Below are positions 61,683 through 64,000 of a stretch of 64,000 nt of DNA, one piece after another. Within the stretch, counting starts at the first letter, position 1, and every line of letters starts with the position of its first letter. Position numbers and translations under genes: made by a program. The DNA comes from Vicugna vicugna (lineage: Eukaryota): positions 434,001-498,000 of the forward strand of contig MU058714.1 of the NCBI GenBank assembly GCA_013265495.1, in the 5' to 3' direction. The notes beneath the pieces were generated by a model. It ran no database searches, was not told the DNA's origin, and worked only from the letters and a program-made list of their open reading frames with translations.

Positions 61683-64000
61683 AAAACCGTGCAGGTCCGC
61701 ATGATTTTTCTGCAAAAGTGCCTGGAATGAGCTGTTAGCCCCACAAAGTCACCCCCCATCTGGTGGGCCCCGAGTCACCTGGGCCTTCCGAGTGGGGAGG
61801 GCCTCTGCGCTCCTCCTCCCAAAAGCCCACCCCAGATGCAGAAGCAGTGGAGGTGGAGGCCAGAGACGTGGTAACAGGGGCAGACTCCTGGGAGTGGGCG
61901 GAGGCTGCTGACCAGGGGCCTTGCTGTGGTGGCGGGGGGTGTAGGGTATGTGCGTCCCAGTTGGTCAAAGCCTGGGGCCGAGGCCTAGGCCGACGTGAGG
62001 CCATACGCATCTGTTACGGCCAAACACAGACAGGCTTTCTGATCCACCGTGGGCACCGGCTCCGCCTGGACCCTCTGCATCAGGCACCCCAGCACCCAGA
62101 AAAGTGGTTCACAGTGCGGTGCTGGGGGCCATGGCTGTGCGGTGGGCCGGGACCCCTCAGTACCCTGGCAGGTCCCCCAGGTCTGCAGAACAGAATCATC
62201 ACCACCCAGGCTGTGGTTTCCCAACTTTTCAGTGACGTTCCCCTAGGCAATTTTAAAATGGAATGAATACTAATAATAATTTGACTAAATTTAGGTGTTC
62301 CCCTTAGGCATCTGATTAAATTTCATGAACTCTTTTTCAGGCTTTCAGCCCAAATCTGCCTCCTCTCCCGGCTTCACGGCAAGGACTGCTTGGCCATCAC
62401 ATGGGTCAGTGGCCTCCCCCTGTCGGGCTGGAATGTCCCTCTGGAAAGGGGCTTCTGGGGAAGGGCAGTCGGGGTTTGCAGTGCTGTCTTGTGAGTCAGG
62501 GGAACCGAGGTCCATCCAGAAAAAGAGCATGTAGTCACAGAAGCACCTCAAAGACCGGGAGATGAATCGATCTGCTTCCCTAACGATGGACCGGCTGGGG
62601 AGCACAGCCCGTGGGAGGGATGGCGGAGCTGGAGCCAGAGCCTTCCGGATTCTGAGCTCTGGGCTTTGCACCCTCCACGCAGCTCCTCTCCACTGTCAGC
62701 CAGTCTGGGTTTGTGTGAACCATCCGGGAGCCCCATTAGCAGAGGCAGCCAATCCTGACAGGCTCTTTCCAACATGCCATCTAGGATGCTCAGAGTAACG
62801 GCCCAGGGACCGCCTTGCTGTGCCCTCCTGTGCTCAGCCGGGCGCCCACAGTCCCTGCAGGCTGGAAGGGGAGCCGTGAGCACCGCAGGAACCCCACCAG
62901 AGCTGACCCGGAGCTGCTGGTATTGAGGGTAGGGGTCAGCGACTGGGCCCAGGGTGCTGGCGTGGGGGGGCTCTGGGGGGACTGCTGGTCACTCTCTCCC
63001 ACTCCCAACCCCAAACTGCAAATAATGATGACAGTAAGTTAGAAACCTGCCTGCATTCTTGGGTGGTGCGCTGGCTACTCATTTATGCTCATTTAAATTC
63101 CATCCACAAGGTTGACGCCACAGACCTGAACTCCGTGTACAGCGCCTCACCCCGTGAGTGATGTCAGAACGGAACTTGTTTTGGTTCCTTTTCCTCCCTC
63201 CCTACGACACCCCTTACACGCCACTCCTGTTCCTTCGTCCCTGGGCCTGGTTCCACGTTGACCAACAGCATCCTTGGGTACCAAGGCTTTGCTCGCTTGA
63301 CTCAGGGCATTTGAGGCAAGCCAGGATTGGGACGCTGGCTGACAGAATCTTCTTAGGGCAAAATGGTTATTCACCAGCCCGGGGAGGACGCGCATAGAGT
63401 GCTCTGCTTCTTGGGGTGGCATAGCCGTCCTCCCATCAGACTGACTCAGCCCCACCCCGAAGCTCTCAGTGGGCCTCGAATGCCAAGCAACTGTCCATCC
63501 TTGGAGCTGGTTTACAGGGTGGCAGGGACAGAAACTCCAGGGTGTGCGCAGTGGCAGATCCCAGGGAGACAGCGCGTCTCCCTGCCTCCTGGTCCTGGCA
63601 GGAGGATTTGGGGACCCTCAGGTGAGGGCTTTCTCTTTTTGATGCACTTATCTATAAAATCACAAAGACCCAGGAGATAAACGGGCCCATTATACGTCGC
63701 AAAAGAAGAAACAGAGTGAACAAACATACAGGAATACATTCAAAATCATCGTTGGTCATAAAGAGATGCATACAAGCGTGGTTTTTAGCCCAGGGATCAG
63801 CAATGATTTATTTTCAAAGGGGTGGAAGGCAACGTGGGGAACACTGGGAGGTACCATGAGGCCGGCACCTCCTCCCGCCCCAGGCGAAGTGAGCAGTCAA
63901 ATCTCTACCCTCTCCATAAGCCCTTCTTTCATCGGAAAAGGAATGAGCCTGTTACAAATTCAGACACTGAAAAGCGTGTAAAGTAAAACTAAAATCGCTT

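Overview
Mammalian genomic DNA, very probably camelid (three tRNA-Ala-derived Vic-1-type SINEs). The only protein-coding gene I can support is TBC1D16 (Rab GTPase-activating protein) on the minus strand. Nine coding exons (34201-44726, all GT-AG, 1525 nt, frame intact) encode the C-terminal ~507 aa, including the TBC domain. Exon numbers 4-12 follow the human gene as I recall it; the upstream exons lie beyond 64000. Positions 44727-64000 are a long intron rich in L1 fragments antisense to the gene. About 29.1-34.2 kb is probable 3' UTR with proximal and distal poly(A) candidates. 1-29 kb is intergenic, with L1/MIR/LTR/hAT relics, an orphan CpG island and motif-dense putative enhancers. I found no evidence of a wholly new gene system, and the many GC-rich ORFs in the track look spurious. 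Best second-look items: a ~370-bp non-TE inverted duplication in the long intron, an intragenic CpG island/putative internal promoter that could yield a ~396-398 aa TBC-only isoform, a possible in-frame upstream acceptor for exon 6, tandem RFX X-boxes in the orphan CpG island, and a solo ERV LTR with an intact core promoter. Repeat family names and boundaries are by eye and approximate.
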